From Armatimonadota bacterium (GTDB taxonomy: Bacteria > Armatimonadota > Fimbriimonadia > Fimbriimonadales > Fimbriimonadaceae), in assembly GCA_031400935.1 (NCBI GenBank), contig JANNQV010000018.1, positions 1 through 64,000 on the forward strand: a stretch of DNA of 64,000 nt, given 5' to 3'. How positions within the stretch are numbered: the stretch's first letter is position 1; each line of letters begins with the position of its first letter. The translations under genes and the position numbers were made by a program. Below are positions 1-10,640 of this stretch, in pieces. The notes beneath the pieces are model-generated. The model had not been told where the DNA came from. It saw only the letters and a program-made list of their open reading frames with translations, and made no database searches.

Positions 1-872
1 TCGCGGCCCAAGATTTCCAACACGCCGAGAAGGTTTCCACCGGTAATCAACGGCCAAACAGAGATCGCTCCGGGCTGAAGGTAGCAAAACCTGCCTTCGA
101 GATCGGCGGTCAGGGATTGCCCATGAACGCTTGGCATAAAAAACGGCTGGCGATTTGCGGCAACTAGTTCAGCCACACAAGAATTGCCGCCAAAGGCATT
201 AAGCTTTGCAAGTGCCATTGTTCCAGAGCGATTTGCACCGGTGCTGGCGACGAGTTCAAGAGCGCCCGATTCTGGCGAAACCGTCCAGAGAAGCACGGCG
301 GCAAGTTCCGCGACGCTCGCGATTTCGTGAACTGCGGCATAAGCAAGCGGAACGACCGACTGATTCATGTTTAAAGCTCGTCCAATTTTTTTGAGCGCAT
401 CGGCTTCACGCGAATGAAGGATGGCTTGTCGTTTGGCTTGCTTTTCTTCGCCGGCATAAGTGACCATGATCATTACACCGCTCGGTCCGTCAGCATCGTT
501 TGCGGCGACATAAAATCGGTAACCGTCGTAATAGAGCGACCCATGAACCCCTTCAAAAGCGCTTTGAACTAATGGGCCAATTTCTGTAAGAAAAGTGCTT
601 TCTCCAGTTCGAAACCAGCGAAGCCTCTTCGCTAGCCCCCACGCTCTCTTGACAGTTCCATGCGAGTCAAGCCAGGCGACGCCAAGCACATCGGGGTCCA
701 TCGTCCCGACAAGAGGTGGTTCGCTAAGTTCAAGCGCAAGCGGCGGATTATCAATCTGCCGAAGCAAAAGCGGAAATCCGTTCAACGTGTCGCGCTTGCG
801 AGGATCAACCACCCGAAATCCATATTTTTGAAGAGCTGCCAGCAATTCTTCGTATATGTCGGAATATGCCAC
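1..872 (-). CDS. GAF-domain-containing sensor/signalling protein, partial (runs off the left edge)
   Basis: Missing from the ORF track. Hand translation from GTG at 872 is open to base 1 (MAYSDIYEELLAALQKYG...ALKKIGRALNMNQSVVPLAYAAVHEIASVAELAAVLLWT...LELVASTG...SVWPLITGGNLLGVLEILGR), which has a GAF-like pattern. Confidence 0.7.
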   Translation of the reverse strand, partial: MAYSDIYEELLAALQKYGFRVVDPRKRDTLNGFPLLLRQIDNPPLALELSEPPLVGTMDPDVLGVAWLDSHGTVKRAWGLAKRLRWFRTGESTFLTEIGPLVQSAFEGVHGSLYYDGYRFYVAANDADGPSGVMIMVTYAGEEKQAKRQAILHSREADALKKIGRALNMNQSVVPLAYAAVHEIASVAELAAVLLWTVSPESGALELVASTGANRSGTMALAKLNAFGGNSCVAELVAANRQPFFMPSVHGQSLTADLEGRFCYLQPGAISVWPLITGGNLLGVLEILGR

Positions 873-1010
873 GGTACTGGAATTTTCGGCTTATTTTGGA
901 CTCGCATTGCTCGTAATGGTATTGGGTTTGATCGAAACAATTGATGCGCATTTGAAAATTCACCGAACCTTATGCGCTACAAGAGCATCAATCAAGCTAG
1001 AATGATCGGA

Positions 1011-2768
1011 ATGCATCGGTTTACTGTTGGGTTACTCATTGCGCTGACTTTGCTTCTTTCTGCTGGTTGCGGCGGTAGCGGAAGTGGACCTTCAAACCTA
1101 AATTACGTTACGAACTGGAGCGGCACCGACGCTGGAGGGATCACAGGCGCTTCGCAACGCGTCGCCATGTATTCGCTTGACGGACTTTTGTTGTCTTCCG
1201 CTGTCCTTAACAACCCTGGCGGATCTTTGCAATCGTTTCAGTTCTTTTTGCCGAATGGCTCGTATCATCTATCGGTTGAGCTTTATGCATTAGCCAACCT
1301 AGGTGGCGCAAGAGTCGGCACGATTGACACTCTAGTTTCAATTAACGGGACAACAAATTTTCGCACCGAGGTCGGAGCAGCAATCGTTGGCGCACAGGTC
1401 ACCCCTTCTTCAACAACGTTTCAAGTTCAAACCAGCAAACAGTTTTATGCCGCAGTGACTGCTGCATCTGGGCATGTAACTTTTTCTGAGCCAAATGGCT
1501 TCACATGGCAAGCGTTTGGCGGACACGTCACTGTCAATGAATCCGGACTTGCGCTCGCCACATCTGAAGGTTCAGGCTCAATTCGGGCAACCCATGGCCT
1601 TTCTGGAGAATTCAACAGCGCATCCTATACGGTCGAGCCCTTTGAGACAACAACCACCAAATGGACTGTACTTGTTTACATCAATGCAGCGAACGATTTG
1701 TATCCATTTTCGACCCTAAACATGAACCAAATGGAAGCGGTGGCGCAAAACTCCGAGGTTCGTTTCGTAGTCCAATGGAAGCAAAGCCAGAGCCTGTTCC
1801 CAGCCTCCAGTTTTAACGGCACCCGAAGGTATTTGGTCAAACCAGATACCACAAATCAGATCGCGAGCCAGCTAATTCAAAACATGGGAAGCGGTGTTGA
1901 TATGGGGCAGCATTCAACTTTGCTTGACTTCGTTAATTGGGGAGAGACGTATTTCCCTGGCACGCGGACCTGCTTAATCGTTTGGAATCACGGTAACGGC
2001 TGGCGACGACGCCCAGCGCCAGACGAGCCAATTTCAAGGGCCGTCAGCTATGACGACGAAACTGGGAATGCAATTCAGATTTGGCAATTGGGGCAGGCAC
2101 TTGGAAGCAACCATTTCGATATTCTTGCTTGGGATGCGAGCCTCATGCAAATGCTTGAAGTTGCTTACGAGGTAGAAGATCAAGCTTCATATGTAGTAGG
2201 CAGCGAAGAAAGCCCTCCAGGCGAAGGTTATCCATACGATCTCATTTTCCAACAGTTTCGTGACAATCCTGATAATTCGACGGCGATCTTGACGAAAGCA
2301 TTTGTGGATGGAATGCTCGCCGTGCCTTCCTATGCAACCAGGAAGATCACGCAAAGCGTCTTAGACACTTCGAAGCTCGACGATCTTTCTAATGCTCTAA
2401 GCCAACTAGGCACGGCATTGCAAGCCAATGCGGGAGCCTTGAGTTCGGATACGATCACAATTCGCAATCAGTCGCAGAGCTACAGCCCAACTTCCAATCG
2501 CGTTTTTCGAGATTTGATTGACCTTTGCGACAGGTACCTGGCACTTTCTGGGTTACCTGTAGCCGTCCAAACTGCTGCAACAAACACGAAAGCGGCGGCA
2601 CTTGCCGCGCTTGTTTGGGAGGGGCATAACTCGCATTCTCCAGGAAGCAAGGGCATTTCGATTGACTTTTCTTCCGGAGCTACATTCGCACCATCAGCAG
2701 CTGACTACGCCAATTTGAAGCTGGCTCAGTTGACTCAGTGGAACGAATGGCTGACCGTTGCTCCGTGA
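1011..2768 (+). CDS. Clostripain-family (C11) cysteine peptidase lipoprotein with N-terminal Ig-like region
   Basis: Lipobox LSAGC; motifs KWTVLVYINAANDL and WNHGNGW; GSEESPPG. The catalytic Cys position appears as WDASLM instead of DACLM. The ORF track starts at 972; ATG 1011 follows TAGAAT. Confidence 0.8.
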   Translation: MHRFTVGLLIALTLLLSAGCGGSGSGPSNLNYVTNWSGTDAGGITGASQRVAMYSLDGLLLSSAVLNNPGGSLQSFQFFLPNGSYHLSVELYALANLGGARVGTIDTLVSINGTTNFRTEVGAAIVGAQVTPSSTTFQVQTSKQFYAAVTAASGHVTFSEPNGFTWQAFGGHVTVNESGLALATSEGSGSIRATHGLSGEFNSASYTVEPFETTTTKWTVLVYINAANDLYPFSTLNMNQMEAVAQNSEVRFVVQWKQSQSLFPASSFNGTRRYLVKPDTTNQIASQLIQNMGSGVDMGQHSTLLDFVNWGETYFPGTRTCLIVWNHGNGWRRRPAPDEPISRAVSYDDETGNAIQIWQLGQALGSNHFDILAWDASLMQMLEVAYEVEDQASYVVGSEESPPGEGYPYDLIFQQFRDNPDNSTAILTKAFVDGMLAVPSYATRKITQSVLDTSKLDDLSNALSQLGTALQANAGALSSDTITIRNQSQSYSPTSNRVFRDLIDLCDRYLALSGLPVAVQTAATNTKAAALAALVWEGHNSHSPGSKGISIDFSSGATFAPSAADYANLKLAQLTQWNEWLTVAP

Positions 2769-2865
2769 TTTGGGTGAACTGGATGATTCGTGACCTGGGT
2801 GAAGCCTTGTATGCGAATCACCCAGGTCACCCACTTCACCCCATTCATCCAAATCACCCAAGTCA
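2766..2865. repeat. Imperfect nested palindrome of GGGTGA/TCACCC units right after the clostripain stop
   Basis: GTGACCTGGGTGA (2790-2802) pairs with TCACCCAGGTCAC (2818-2830); TGATTTGGGTGAA pairs with TTCATCCAAATCA. Confidence 0.75.
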
Positions 2866-2899
2866 AAAAAGGGGGCCGATCGGCGAAATCGGCCCAGGG

Positions 2900-3193
2900 T
2901 TGGAGGGTATTTGGAGGGTATTTGGCGACTGTCGGCGCTGCGTTTAGCTTTATGCGCTGACATGAGGGTTGTTCCTGTATTCGGAGCCACAACTTCCTTC
3001 GATTTGTACCTGGACAATGAAAACGGGGAGGAATACGGGGACTCTCCATTTTGGATTGTAGATTGTGGATTGTTGATTAAAACGGATGGCGGAGAGCGGA
3101 CCAGCGCAACCAATAACTAATTAACAATAACAGACGACGAACCTACAGCAACTTGCCCACCACCTGCCGACCACTTGCAAACCACTTGCCGAC
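2900..3193. repeat. Cluster of short tandem repeats (11-mer, 7-mer, 11-mer)
   Basis: TTGGAGGGTAT x2 (2900-2921); GGATTGT-type 7-mers (3053-3080) facing CAATAAC-type 7-mers (3111-3131); ACCACTTGCCG-type 11-mers (about 3151-3193). Confidence 0.65.
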
Positions 3194-3223
3194 ATCCAAT
3201 ATCCCAACAGGTACCCTTTCCAA

Positions 3224-4927
3224 ATGCCCGAAATCGCATTCGACCGCTACTACCGATTCGATGAGATAACCAACCTTCTCAACGAATTCGCTTCTGAGTT
3301 TCCAAACTTAGTTTCCGTTGAGTCCATCGGAAAATCGCACGAGGGCCGAGATATTTGGATCGCAACAGTTACTAACAAGAAAACAGGAAGTCCGCTCGAC
3401 AAGCCCGCATTCTGGGCCGATGGAAACATCCACGCAAGCGAAGTGAGCGCATCTGCGGCTGTGCTTCATCTTCTGAATAAGGTCTGCACGAGATACGGAA
3501 AGGATGAGCAAATCACTCGTGTGCTTGACACAAGAACGCTGTATCTCGTTCCGCGTTTGAACCCGGATGGAGCCGAATGGTCGCTAGAATCCCCTCCTCG
3601 GGTAGTTCGTTCCAGCACTCGCCCTTACCCTTATGAAGAGGAAGATATTGAAGGCCTAGAACGAAGTGACTTGGACGGCGACGGACGAATTCTTTCGATG
3701 AGAATTAAGGACTCGAACGGACCTTGGAAATCGTGCGAAGCGGAGCCTCGCATTCTGGTTCGTCGGGAGCCAACCGACGTTGGCGGCACATACTATCGCC
3801 TTCTTCCCGAAGGTCTGCTGCATAACTGGGACGGAGTCACCTTGAGGCCGAAGAGGATTCAGCAAGGGCTCGATATGAACCGAAACTTCCCTTCTGGATG
3901 GCGGCAAGAGCACGAGCAATTTGGTGCAGGGCCGTATCCGACAAGCGAACCAGAAATCCGGGCCGCCGTTGAAGCAATAGTTGACCGTCCGAACATCTGC
4001 GGGGCTGTCGCATTTCACACATTTTCAGGCGTCCATTTACGACCGCCAAGCCGATATGCGGACGACGAAATGCCGAGCGAAGACCTCTGGGCGTTCCAAA
4101 AAATCGGGCAGGTTGGCACGGAAATGACGGGCTATCCGGCGATCAGCACCTACCACGAATTTCGATACCACCCTAAAGAAGTAATCACTGGCGTCTTTGA
4201 CGACTGGATGTATGAGCATCAAGGCGTTTTTCCCTGGATTACCGAAATTTGGTCGCCCCAAAGGCAAGCGGGCATTACCGATTACAAGTACATCGAGTGG
4301 TTCCGAGAGCACCCAATCGAGGACGACATCAAGCTCTTGAAATGGTCAGATGAAAGGCTCGATGGGCTTGGGCATATTGATTGGAAGGCGTTCACGCATC
4401 CCCAGCTTGGCGAAGTCGAAATCGGAGGATGGGACGCTCACTTTGCTTTTCGTAACCCGCCACCACAGTTCTTGGAAGCAGAGATTTCGCCGCTCGGAGA
4501 TTGGATCATTTGGCAGGCGCTTTGTTCACCGAAATTAGAGTTGCGCGAGGTCAAAATTGAACCTGCTGGGACTGCGTTTCGTGTTCGGGCAATCGTTCAG
4601 AATGTCGGCTGGCTCCCAACAAACGTTACGGAGAAAGCAAAGAAGAACAAGCTTTGCCGGGGTGTTCGTGCCGAAATTTCGCTCAATGGACAGGCCCTTT
4701 CGGGAGCAGGGGAGAGTGCGCCAACTTGGCTTCATGGAGGCAAATTGAGACAGGACGCAGGACAATTGGTCGGTCGAAACCATGTGAGTGCGGGAGGATT
4801 TGGGTATCAGTTCAACGACACTTCTGATGTTGCAGTTTTTGAATGGGTAGTATCGTCCGGCGAGTATTCAATTGTGATTGAGCATGAACGGGCTGGGAAG
4901 ATTTCAGCGCAAATTGTATGCGCGTAA
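3224..4927 (+). CDS. M14-family zinc carboxypeptidase
   Basis: GNIHASE (HxxE), NPDG, DMNRNF, SEPE and FHTFSG motifs. Confidence 0.9.
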   Translation: MPEIAFDRYYRFDEITNLLNEFASEFPNLVSVESIGKSHEGRDIWIATVTNKKTGSPLDKPAFWADGNIHASEVSASAAVLHLLNKVCTRYGKDEQITRVLDTRTLYLVPRLNPDGAEWSLESPPRVVRSSTRPYPYEEEDIEGLERSDLDGDGRILSMRIKDSNGPWKSCEAEPRILVRREPTDVGGTYYRLLPEGLLHNWDGVTLRPKRIQQGLDMNRNFPSGWRQEHEQFGAGPYPTSEPEIRAAVEAIVDRPNICGAVAFHTFSGVHLRPPSRYADDEMPSEDLWAFQKIGQVGTEMTGYPAISTYHEFRYHPKEVITGVFDDWMYEHQGVFPWITEIWSPQRQAGITDYKYIEWFREHPIEDDIKLLKWSDERLDGLGHIDWKAFTHPQLGEVEIGGWDAHFAFRNPPPQFLEAEISPLGDWIIWQALCSPKLELREVKIEPAGTAFRVRAIVQNVGWLPTNVTEKAKKNKLCRGVRAEISLNGQALSGAGESAPTWLHGGKLRQDAGQLVGRNHVSAGGFGYQFNDTSDVAVFEWVVSSGEYSIVIEHERAGKISAQIVCA

Positions 4928-5100
4928 CCACGGACCGCTAACGAACGCAAAATCAGAAAATTCCGTCTAATTTGCGCCTAGGTTCTATTTCAATGTACTA
5001 GTTTTGCAATAAAAACACTCGTATTTTTGAAAAACTGATTGCAATTGTCCTCAAAATGAAGGACAATGTAGATTCCTATTGTGTGTTTTCGGGAGTAGAA

Positions 5101-7710
5101 ATGATTTCAATTCTTGCTGGTACCTTACTTGCCGCTTCGGGACAAATTCCTGAGATCGTTGTTGATTCAACGAGAGCTGGCTCTATTGTTCGTTATTCCG
5201 ATGGCCTTAGACTTCGAAGCACTCAATCCAAAGTCGCTAGTGCACGATCCATTGAAATTCCAGGCACGCCAGTCCGAATCGCGATGTGGAACGAAGGTTC
5301 AAAAGGCGCTTCTACGCCTTACTATGCGATTTCGCTCGATGGCCGAACTGTTCAGCGAGTAACGCCGACGAATTACAGCATAGTGCTACAGTATGGTTCG
5401 TTCGATCCCACAGTCAAACAGCCAACCGTTCCAAGCAATTTGACTGCAAATACGAACAACGAAGTCTTCATTGTTCAGTTTCATGTTCAGCCTCTTCAAG
5501 AATTTCGCGATGCAATTGAATCTGCTGGTGGAAGCATTAAGTCCTACCTGACAAACCATGCATATCTGGTTCAAATGGATTCGGATACAAAAGATCGCGT
5601 AGCGGCTCTAGGATTTGTGAGGGCGGTAGTTCCTTACCATCCTGCTTACCGAACGGATGCCGGGCTTCGCGCGAAAATTGCAAACGGCACATTGCCAGCA
5701 AGCCAGCTTTACAATATCCAGGCGATGGACTACTCCGAATCCACGATGAAGGAGCTAACTGGAACCATCGAAATGCTCGGTGGCGAAGTCACACGTGCCA
5801 TCACCGCCAATGCCTTTTTGACTGCCCGTCTTAATCCAGAACAATTTGTTCAGTTACTTCACCTTAACGAAGTCAGCTTTGCCGATCTATGGTCAGAGCC
5901 GCAAACAGATATGAATTTGTTGAGGCAGCTTGGTGGAGTTGACGCCGTCAACACTTTTGGAACCTTTGCTGGAGCAGGACTTCGTGGGGCAGTTATGGAT
6001 GGCGGAGTCATAACGAATCACATTGCGTGGGCAACCCGAATGCCAATCATGCAAACGGCCAACCTTGCTCCCAGCCAGTCGAACCATGGCACCGCCTGTT
6101 TTGGCATCAACTTTGGCGATGGGAACGGTAATGCTTCGGGCAAAGGAGTATTGCCTTTGGGCCAAGGAATATTCGCGGGTTACACAGGTTACTTGAGCGG
6201 TGCAGGAGACAGGAATTTGTTGACTGCAGGTGTCTTGACAAACGAAGGCTGTTATCAATCGAATTCGTGGGGTGATACGTTGGGCACGACATATACGACG
6301 ATTTCGGCTCAAATGGACAGCATTTTGTTCAATAACGATATCGTTATACTTCAGTCCCAATCCAATGCAGGATCCACTTCATCTCGACCGCAAGCTTGGG
6401 CTAAAAACATTGTGTCAGTAGGTGGTATCAAGCACCTAGATAACCTCAACTGGAATGATGATAATTGGACAAATGGAGCATCAACGGGTCCGGCTGCGGA
6501 TGGAAGAATAAAGCCTGACATCAGTAATGCGTATGACCTTGGAATCACGACATACACGACAACTACAACGGGCTACGCTAACTTTAGCGGAACATCACAA
6601 GCTACGCCGCTTTCTGCTGGACTATTCGGAGTTATGTTCCAGATGTGGGGACAGGGCTATTTTGGAAACTCATGTCTCGGGTCTTCCTTTTTTGCCAATC
6701 GTCCCAAGGCGCCATTGGCGAAAGCTCTGATGGTGAATTCGGCTCGGATGTACGATTCGGCGATCAATACAGACATCACGCGAGTTCGACAAGGTTGGGG
6801 TGTTCCAAATGTAGAGAACCTCTGGAATGCTCGGAACGGAATGTTCATCGTTAACGAAACAGATGTTTTGACAAACCTGCAAACCAGATCGTACCGATTG
6901 CACGTTGCTGCTGGCACACCACAGCTAAAAGTCACTATGGCTTACCTTGATCCAGCCGGAACGGTTGGTGCTGGCGTCGCAAGAAAGAACAATTTGAGCC
7001 TCAAAGTGACATCCCCTGGCGGCACTGTATATTGGGGCAACTTTGGAATGGGAACTACTTCGAACGTTTCGGTTTCTGCGGGTGCAATCGAGAATAATGT
7101 TGACACAGTCGAAAATGTGTTCCTTTTAGCACCAGCAACGGGAACATGGACAGTTGACGTGATTGGCAGCGACATAAATACTGATGCACGAGTAGAAACT
7201 GTCGGCACCATTGACGCTGACTTTGCTTTGGTTGTGTCAGGCGTGAATTATTCAATGGCCCCATCGAGCTTTACTGCTCAATTTGGATCGCTTACTTCTG
7301 GCGGACTTAATGAGCTAAATCGAAGCGAGAACGCCCACATGGTTTTGGGTGAACCAACAAATTCCGAAAACATCGAACAAACTCGCACTTTGATTACAAG
7401 AGCCACTTCGCCGACGGCAACGATTTCGAAAATCGAATTCCAAATTGAAGCTAGAACTGGACGCCCGCTTGGTAGGGCAAAGATCGAAGCCTGGAATTAC
7501 TCGACAAATAGTTGGACAAGCTTTGGCTATGTGAACTTTGGATTGACAGATTCAGCAAGCACTGTTGGAACTAGCGTAAATGCAAGCAACTACGTGAACC
7601 CTTCTACCCGCGAAATGCGATTGCGAACTACGTTTGGCGACCCTGATACAGGAGTGGATGTCCTTTGGAGCGCAAATGTTGAGCAGATCAGATTCCTAGT
7701 GAATCCATAA
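5101..7710 (+). CDS. Secreted S8 subtilisin-like serine peptidase with prodomain and C-terminal accessory domains
   Basis: Catalytic triad motifs VMDGG, NHGT and SGTSQATP; DGRIKPD; QGWG; GGAG RBS before ATG 5101. Confidence 0.9.
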   Translation: MISILAGTLLAASGQIPEIVVDSTRAGSIVRYSDGLRLRSTQSKVASARSIEIPGTPVRIAMWNEGSKGASTPYYAISLDGRTVQRVTPTNYSIVLQYGSFDPTVKQPTVPSNLTANTNNEVFIVQFHVQPLQEFRDAIESAGGSIKSYLTNHAYLVQMDSDTKDRVAALGFVRAVVPYHPAYRTDAGLRAKIANGTLPASQLYNIQAMDYSESTMKELTGTIEMLGGEVTRAITANAFLTARLNPEQFVQLLHLNEVSFADLWSEPQTDMNLLRQLGGVDAVNTFGTFAGAGLRGAVMDGGVITNHIAWATRMPIMQTANLAPSQSNHGTACFGINFGDGNGNASGKGVLPLGQGIFAGYTGYLSGAGDRNLLTAGVLTNEGCYQSNSWGDTLGTTYTTISAQMDSILFNNDIVILQSQSNAGSTSSRPQAWAKNIVSVGGIKHLDNLNWNDDNWTNGASTGPAADGRIKPDISNAYDLGITTYTTTTTGYANFSGTSQATPLSAGLFGVMFQMWGQGYFGNSCLGSSFFANRPKAPLAKALMVNSARMYDSAINTDITRVRQGWGVPNVENLWNARNGMFIVNETDVLTNLQTRSYRLHVAAGTPQLKVTMAYLDPAGTVGAGVARKNNLSLKVTSPGGTVYWGNFGMGTTSNVSVSAGAIENNVDTVENVFLLAPATGTWTVDVIGSDINTDARVETVGTIDADFALVVSGVNYSMAPSSFTAQFGSLTSGGLNELNRSENAHMVLGEPTNSENIEQTRTLITRATSPTATISKIEFQIEARTGRPLGRAKIEAWNYSTNSWTSFGYVNFGLTDSASTVGTSVNASNYVNPSTREMRLRTTFGDPDTGVDVLWSANVEQIRFLVNP

Positions 7711-7727
7711 GATTCTGCGTTCAAACC

Positions 7728-7765
7728 AAAAATCGGCAACAGGGCAACCTGTTGCCGATTTTTTT
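7728..7765. terminator. Bidirectional Rho-independent terminator
   Basis: AAAAATCGGCAACAGG-GCAA-CCTGTTGCCGATTTTTTT between convergent genes. Confidence 0.9.
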
Positions 7766-7800
7766 AGTCAAGCCGAGTGTTCCTGTACAAGATTGGCAAC

Positions 7801-9258
7801 CTAGGATTCTAGTTTTGAAGGCCTTCCGACGGAAACGAAGTAGATCGGTATCCCGAAAAGAATTCCACCCAGAACCGCAAGCGTCAGAATTCGCGAAGTC
7901 GGATCAATTAGCGCATTCACAAGCAGCATGATCGTCGAAAGCACGAACAAAGCTGGCACGACTGGATAGAGTGGCGTCCGAACGGGCGGGTCGTAAGGCG
8001 GGCTATTGAGGATTGAGCCTTCAGCATCCGATTCAGCTGCATCTGACGCGATTGGCTCGATGTCCCCGTACTCCATTCTAACGCGGCCAGATGACTTCTC
8101 ACGTGCTCGAAAAACGAAAATAGAAGCGACTGCAAGGCAATAAAACGGGACCATTGCGGTCACAAACGCATCTGCAAGGTCTCCGAATTTTGCAACAGAA
8201 ACGTACACAATTCCTAGGCAGGCCGTCATTAGTGTCGAAACAAAAGGCGTCTCAAATTTTGGGTGGACCTTGGCGACAGCAGGGAAAAACAGCTTGTCTT
8301 CCGCTAACGCAAAGAAGACTCGTGGCGAAGTAAGCATTGATCCATTCAAAGTTCCAAAAGTTGAAATCATCACTGTTGCCACGATAAAGACAAGTCCAAT
8401 TGGTCCAATGAGAGCCTGCATTACATCTGCGGCGACTTGAGGGCTCTTTTGAATTTGGCCAATCGAAAAAACGGATAAGTAAGCCAAATTGGATAGGAGA
8501 TAGAAGGCAGTAATAATCAGAGTGCCCCATAAAATTGCTCGGGGTAGATTTTTACGCGGGTTGATTACTTCTCCTCCCACATACGTTACGTCAGACCAAC
8601 CATCAAATGCCCAAAGCACTGAAACGAGTGCAAGTCCAAACGCTGAAAATGAAAAACTACCATCTGTAAATACGGGCGAAAAGTGCCCTCCTGTTTTGGG
8701 AAGACCGATAGCAAACGCCAATACAATGAGGACGAGAAGGCCCGCGCACTTCGCAATCGTCGTTGCGACTTGCACGGCCGCACCCCAAGTCACGCCTCGA
8801 TAATTGACGACAGCAACAAGTACTATCGCTCCAATTGCTAGGAATGTCGAACTTCTTGCAAATTCGGCTGATTCTGGGTTTCCACCGGTCAAGCGCATCG
8901 CATATTCGCCGAAAACAAGTGCGACTGCTGCAATGGAGACTGGGCGGATCAGTACAAGTTGCGCCCATCCAAAAAGGAATGCTGTAAGCCTTCCATAGGC
9001 TTCCCGAATGAACACATACAGTCCTCCGGCGTAAGGAAATGCTCCGCCAAGTTCCATAAGGGTGAGCGCCCCGCAAAGAGCAAAGATTCCACCAAACACC
9101 CATGCCGCCATCATAGGTCCAGGCGCAGGAAGTTTTTCAGCAATGCCAGAAGGAGACCGAAAGATTCCAGAACCAATTGTGCTTCCGACGACAATGGCAA
9201 TGGCGCTGACTGCGCCAAGTTTGCGGATGAGGTGGGGTTGCTGAGTATCCGAAGGCAT
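7801..9258 (-). CDS. APC-family amino acid permease
   Basis: GSTIGSGIF, GGLYVFIREAYG, WAFDGW and NPRKNLP motifs; about 12 TM segments. Confidence 0.92.
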   Translation of the reverse strand: MPSDTQQPHLIRKLGAVSAIAIVVGSTIGSGIFRSPSGIAEKLPAPGPMMAAWVFGGIFALCGALTLMELGGAFPYAGGLYVFIREAYGRLTAFLFGWAQLVLIRPVSIAAVALVFGEYAMRLTGGNPESAEFARSSTFLAIGAIVLVAVVNYRGVTWGAAVQVATTIAKCAGLLVLIVLAFAIGLPKTGGHFSPVFTDGSFSFSAFGLALVSVLWAFDGWSDVTYVGGEVINPRKNLPRAILWGTLIITAFYLLSNLAYLSVFSIGQIQKSPQVAADVMQALIGPIGLVFIVATVMISTFGTLNGSMLTSPRVFFALAEDKLFFPAVAKVHPKFETPFVSTLMTACLGIVYVSVAKFGDLADAFVTAMVPFYCLAVASIFVFRAREKSSGRVRMEYGDIEPIASDAAESDAEGSILNSPPYDPPVRTPLYPVVPALFVLSTIMLLVNALIDPTSRILTLAVLGGILFGIPIYFVSVGRPSKLES

Positions 9259-9312
9259 GCGTTGCAGATTCGCCGCGGTATGTCGTTTTCCTGCTTGGTA
9301 GACTATTGAGAC

Positions 9313-9483
9313 CTACTTATCTGGATGTTTTTCTACTTCGGTGCCGATGTGCTTCTTCACATGCTCACTAAGAATCTTCTCGATTTGCCCATTGACGCTC
9401 CGAAACTCTTGCGATGCGATTCGTTGAATCGCATCGAAGAGTTCTGGGCTTAGGCGCAAGGGAAACGTTTTCTTTTCTGACAT
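9313..9483 (-). CDS. Arc-like ribbon-helix-helix DNA-binding protein (56 aa)
   Basis: Below the ORF-track cutoff. Hand translation MSEKKTFPLRLSPELFDAIQRIASQEFRSVNGQIEKILSEHV... shows the FPLRL and RSVNGQI Arc pattern; it lies directly downstream of the SPFH gene. Confidence 0.85.
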   Translation of the reverse strand: MSEKKTFPLRLSPELFDAIQRIASQEFRSVNGQIEKILSEHVKKHIGTEVEKHPDK

Positions 9484-9505
9484 AGCAATTTCATATCGCT
9501 AGTTC

Positions 9506-10396
9506 TTATGGGTATAGCGTGCCTGTGTTCACAACCGGTTGAGCCGCCGTTTCCGAGCATAAAACCACCATTAGATTGGAGACCATTGCCGCCTTTCGAT
9601 CATCGTCTAGTGTCACTACATTTCGCGAACTGAGACTATCCAACGCCATCTGCACCATTCCAACTGCTCCGTCAACGATTCGCTGCCGAGCGGCGATTAC
9701 GGCCGCAGCCTGTTGCTTTCGAAGCATTACGCTGGCAATTTCTGGCGCATAAGCGAGGTGAGAAAGCTTAGCTTCGAGCACCCTAATTCCGGCTCGGTCG
9801 AGCTTGGTTTGTATCTCGCTGAGCAAGTGCGCCGATACTTCATCGGTGTTTCGCATCAGCGAAATCATATTGTCATCGGCATCATATGGATAGCTCGAAG
9901 CCGAATGACGCAAAGCTGTTTCCGTTTGGAGAGCCACATACTGCGAATAATTTTCAACATCAAAGCTAGCCTTGTAGGTGTCGTCAACTTGCCAAATGAT
10001 AATCGTTGCGATCTCAACCGGATTACCTACCGAATCGTTCACCTTCATTCGCTCTCCGTTCAAGCTTTGCGCACGCAAAGACAGCGATTGTTTGCTGTAA
10101 AACGGATTTGCCCAAAAGAAGCCATCACTCTTGATCGTGCCCTTGTACTTTCCAAATAGGACGAGGACTTTGGCCATGTTCGGCTGGACGACAAAGAATC
10201 CAGGCATGGTCAAAACGAAAAGGATCAAGAATCCAAACATCTTGATGAAATGCATAGCAGTGAGCCCTGGGCCACCTTGATCCGGTGCATTTCGAATGAG
10301 GTCTGTAAAAGACCAGACAAATCCTGCGAGGAACGCGATTACGGCAAGGATCATAACTCCACCGGGAACCGCTCTTGTTTCTTTTTCTTTAGTCAT
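9506..10396 (-). CDS. SPFH/band 7 domain membrane protein
   Basis: Two N-terminal TM segments; [33 protein letters not shown] and VVNTGTLY motifs. Confidence 0.92.
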   Translation of the reverse strand: MTKEKETRAVPGGVMILAVIAFLAGFVWSFTDLIRNAPDQGGPGLTAMHFIKMFGFLILFVLTMPGFFVVQPNMAKVLVLFGKYKGTIKSDGFFWANPFYSKQSLSLRAQSLNGERMKVNDSVGNPVEIATIIIWQVDDTYKASFDVENYSQYVALQTETALRHSASSYPYDADDNMISLMRNTDEVSAHLLSEIQTKLDRAGIRVLEAKLSHLAYAPEIASVMLRKQQAAAVIAARQRIVDGAVGMVQMALDSLSSRNVVTLDDDRKAAMVSNLMVVLCSETAAQPVVNTGTLYP

Positions 10397-10463
10397 TATT
10401 TTCTCCTGACATCATTATGATACTAATTATACATCATTTTGGTTGCAAGATTTTTTTTTGGGA

Positions 10464-10611
10464 GCGTTAGCTGTTGGCGGTTAGCGGTTAGCAGATGTCG
10501 GAAATCATAAGCCGTATTGCCAAAATCCTTGAATGAGGGGGGGCAGGAGTTGGAAACTGAACAAAGTGATGTCATCCAGTTTCCCCAAACCGCTAACTGC
10601 CAACTGCCAAC
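10464..10611. repeat. Inverted pair of 7-mer tandem arrays (GCGGTTA / CCGCTAA-CTGCCAA)
   Basis: GCTGTTG GCGGTTA GCGGTTA (10464-10492) versus CCGCTAA CTGCCAA CTGCCAA (10590-10611). Confidence 0.75.
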
Positions 10612-10640
10612 AAGACTGCCTCCCGGTAAACTCTCTCCCA

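Noticed and set aside
2694..3120. Short ORFs between the clostripain and M14 genes
   Set aside because: Their peptides are largely translations of the repeat arrays.
2766..3193. CRISPR array
   Set aside because: The repeats are 7-13 nt, tandem or inverted, with no unique spacers and no cas genes.
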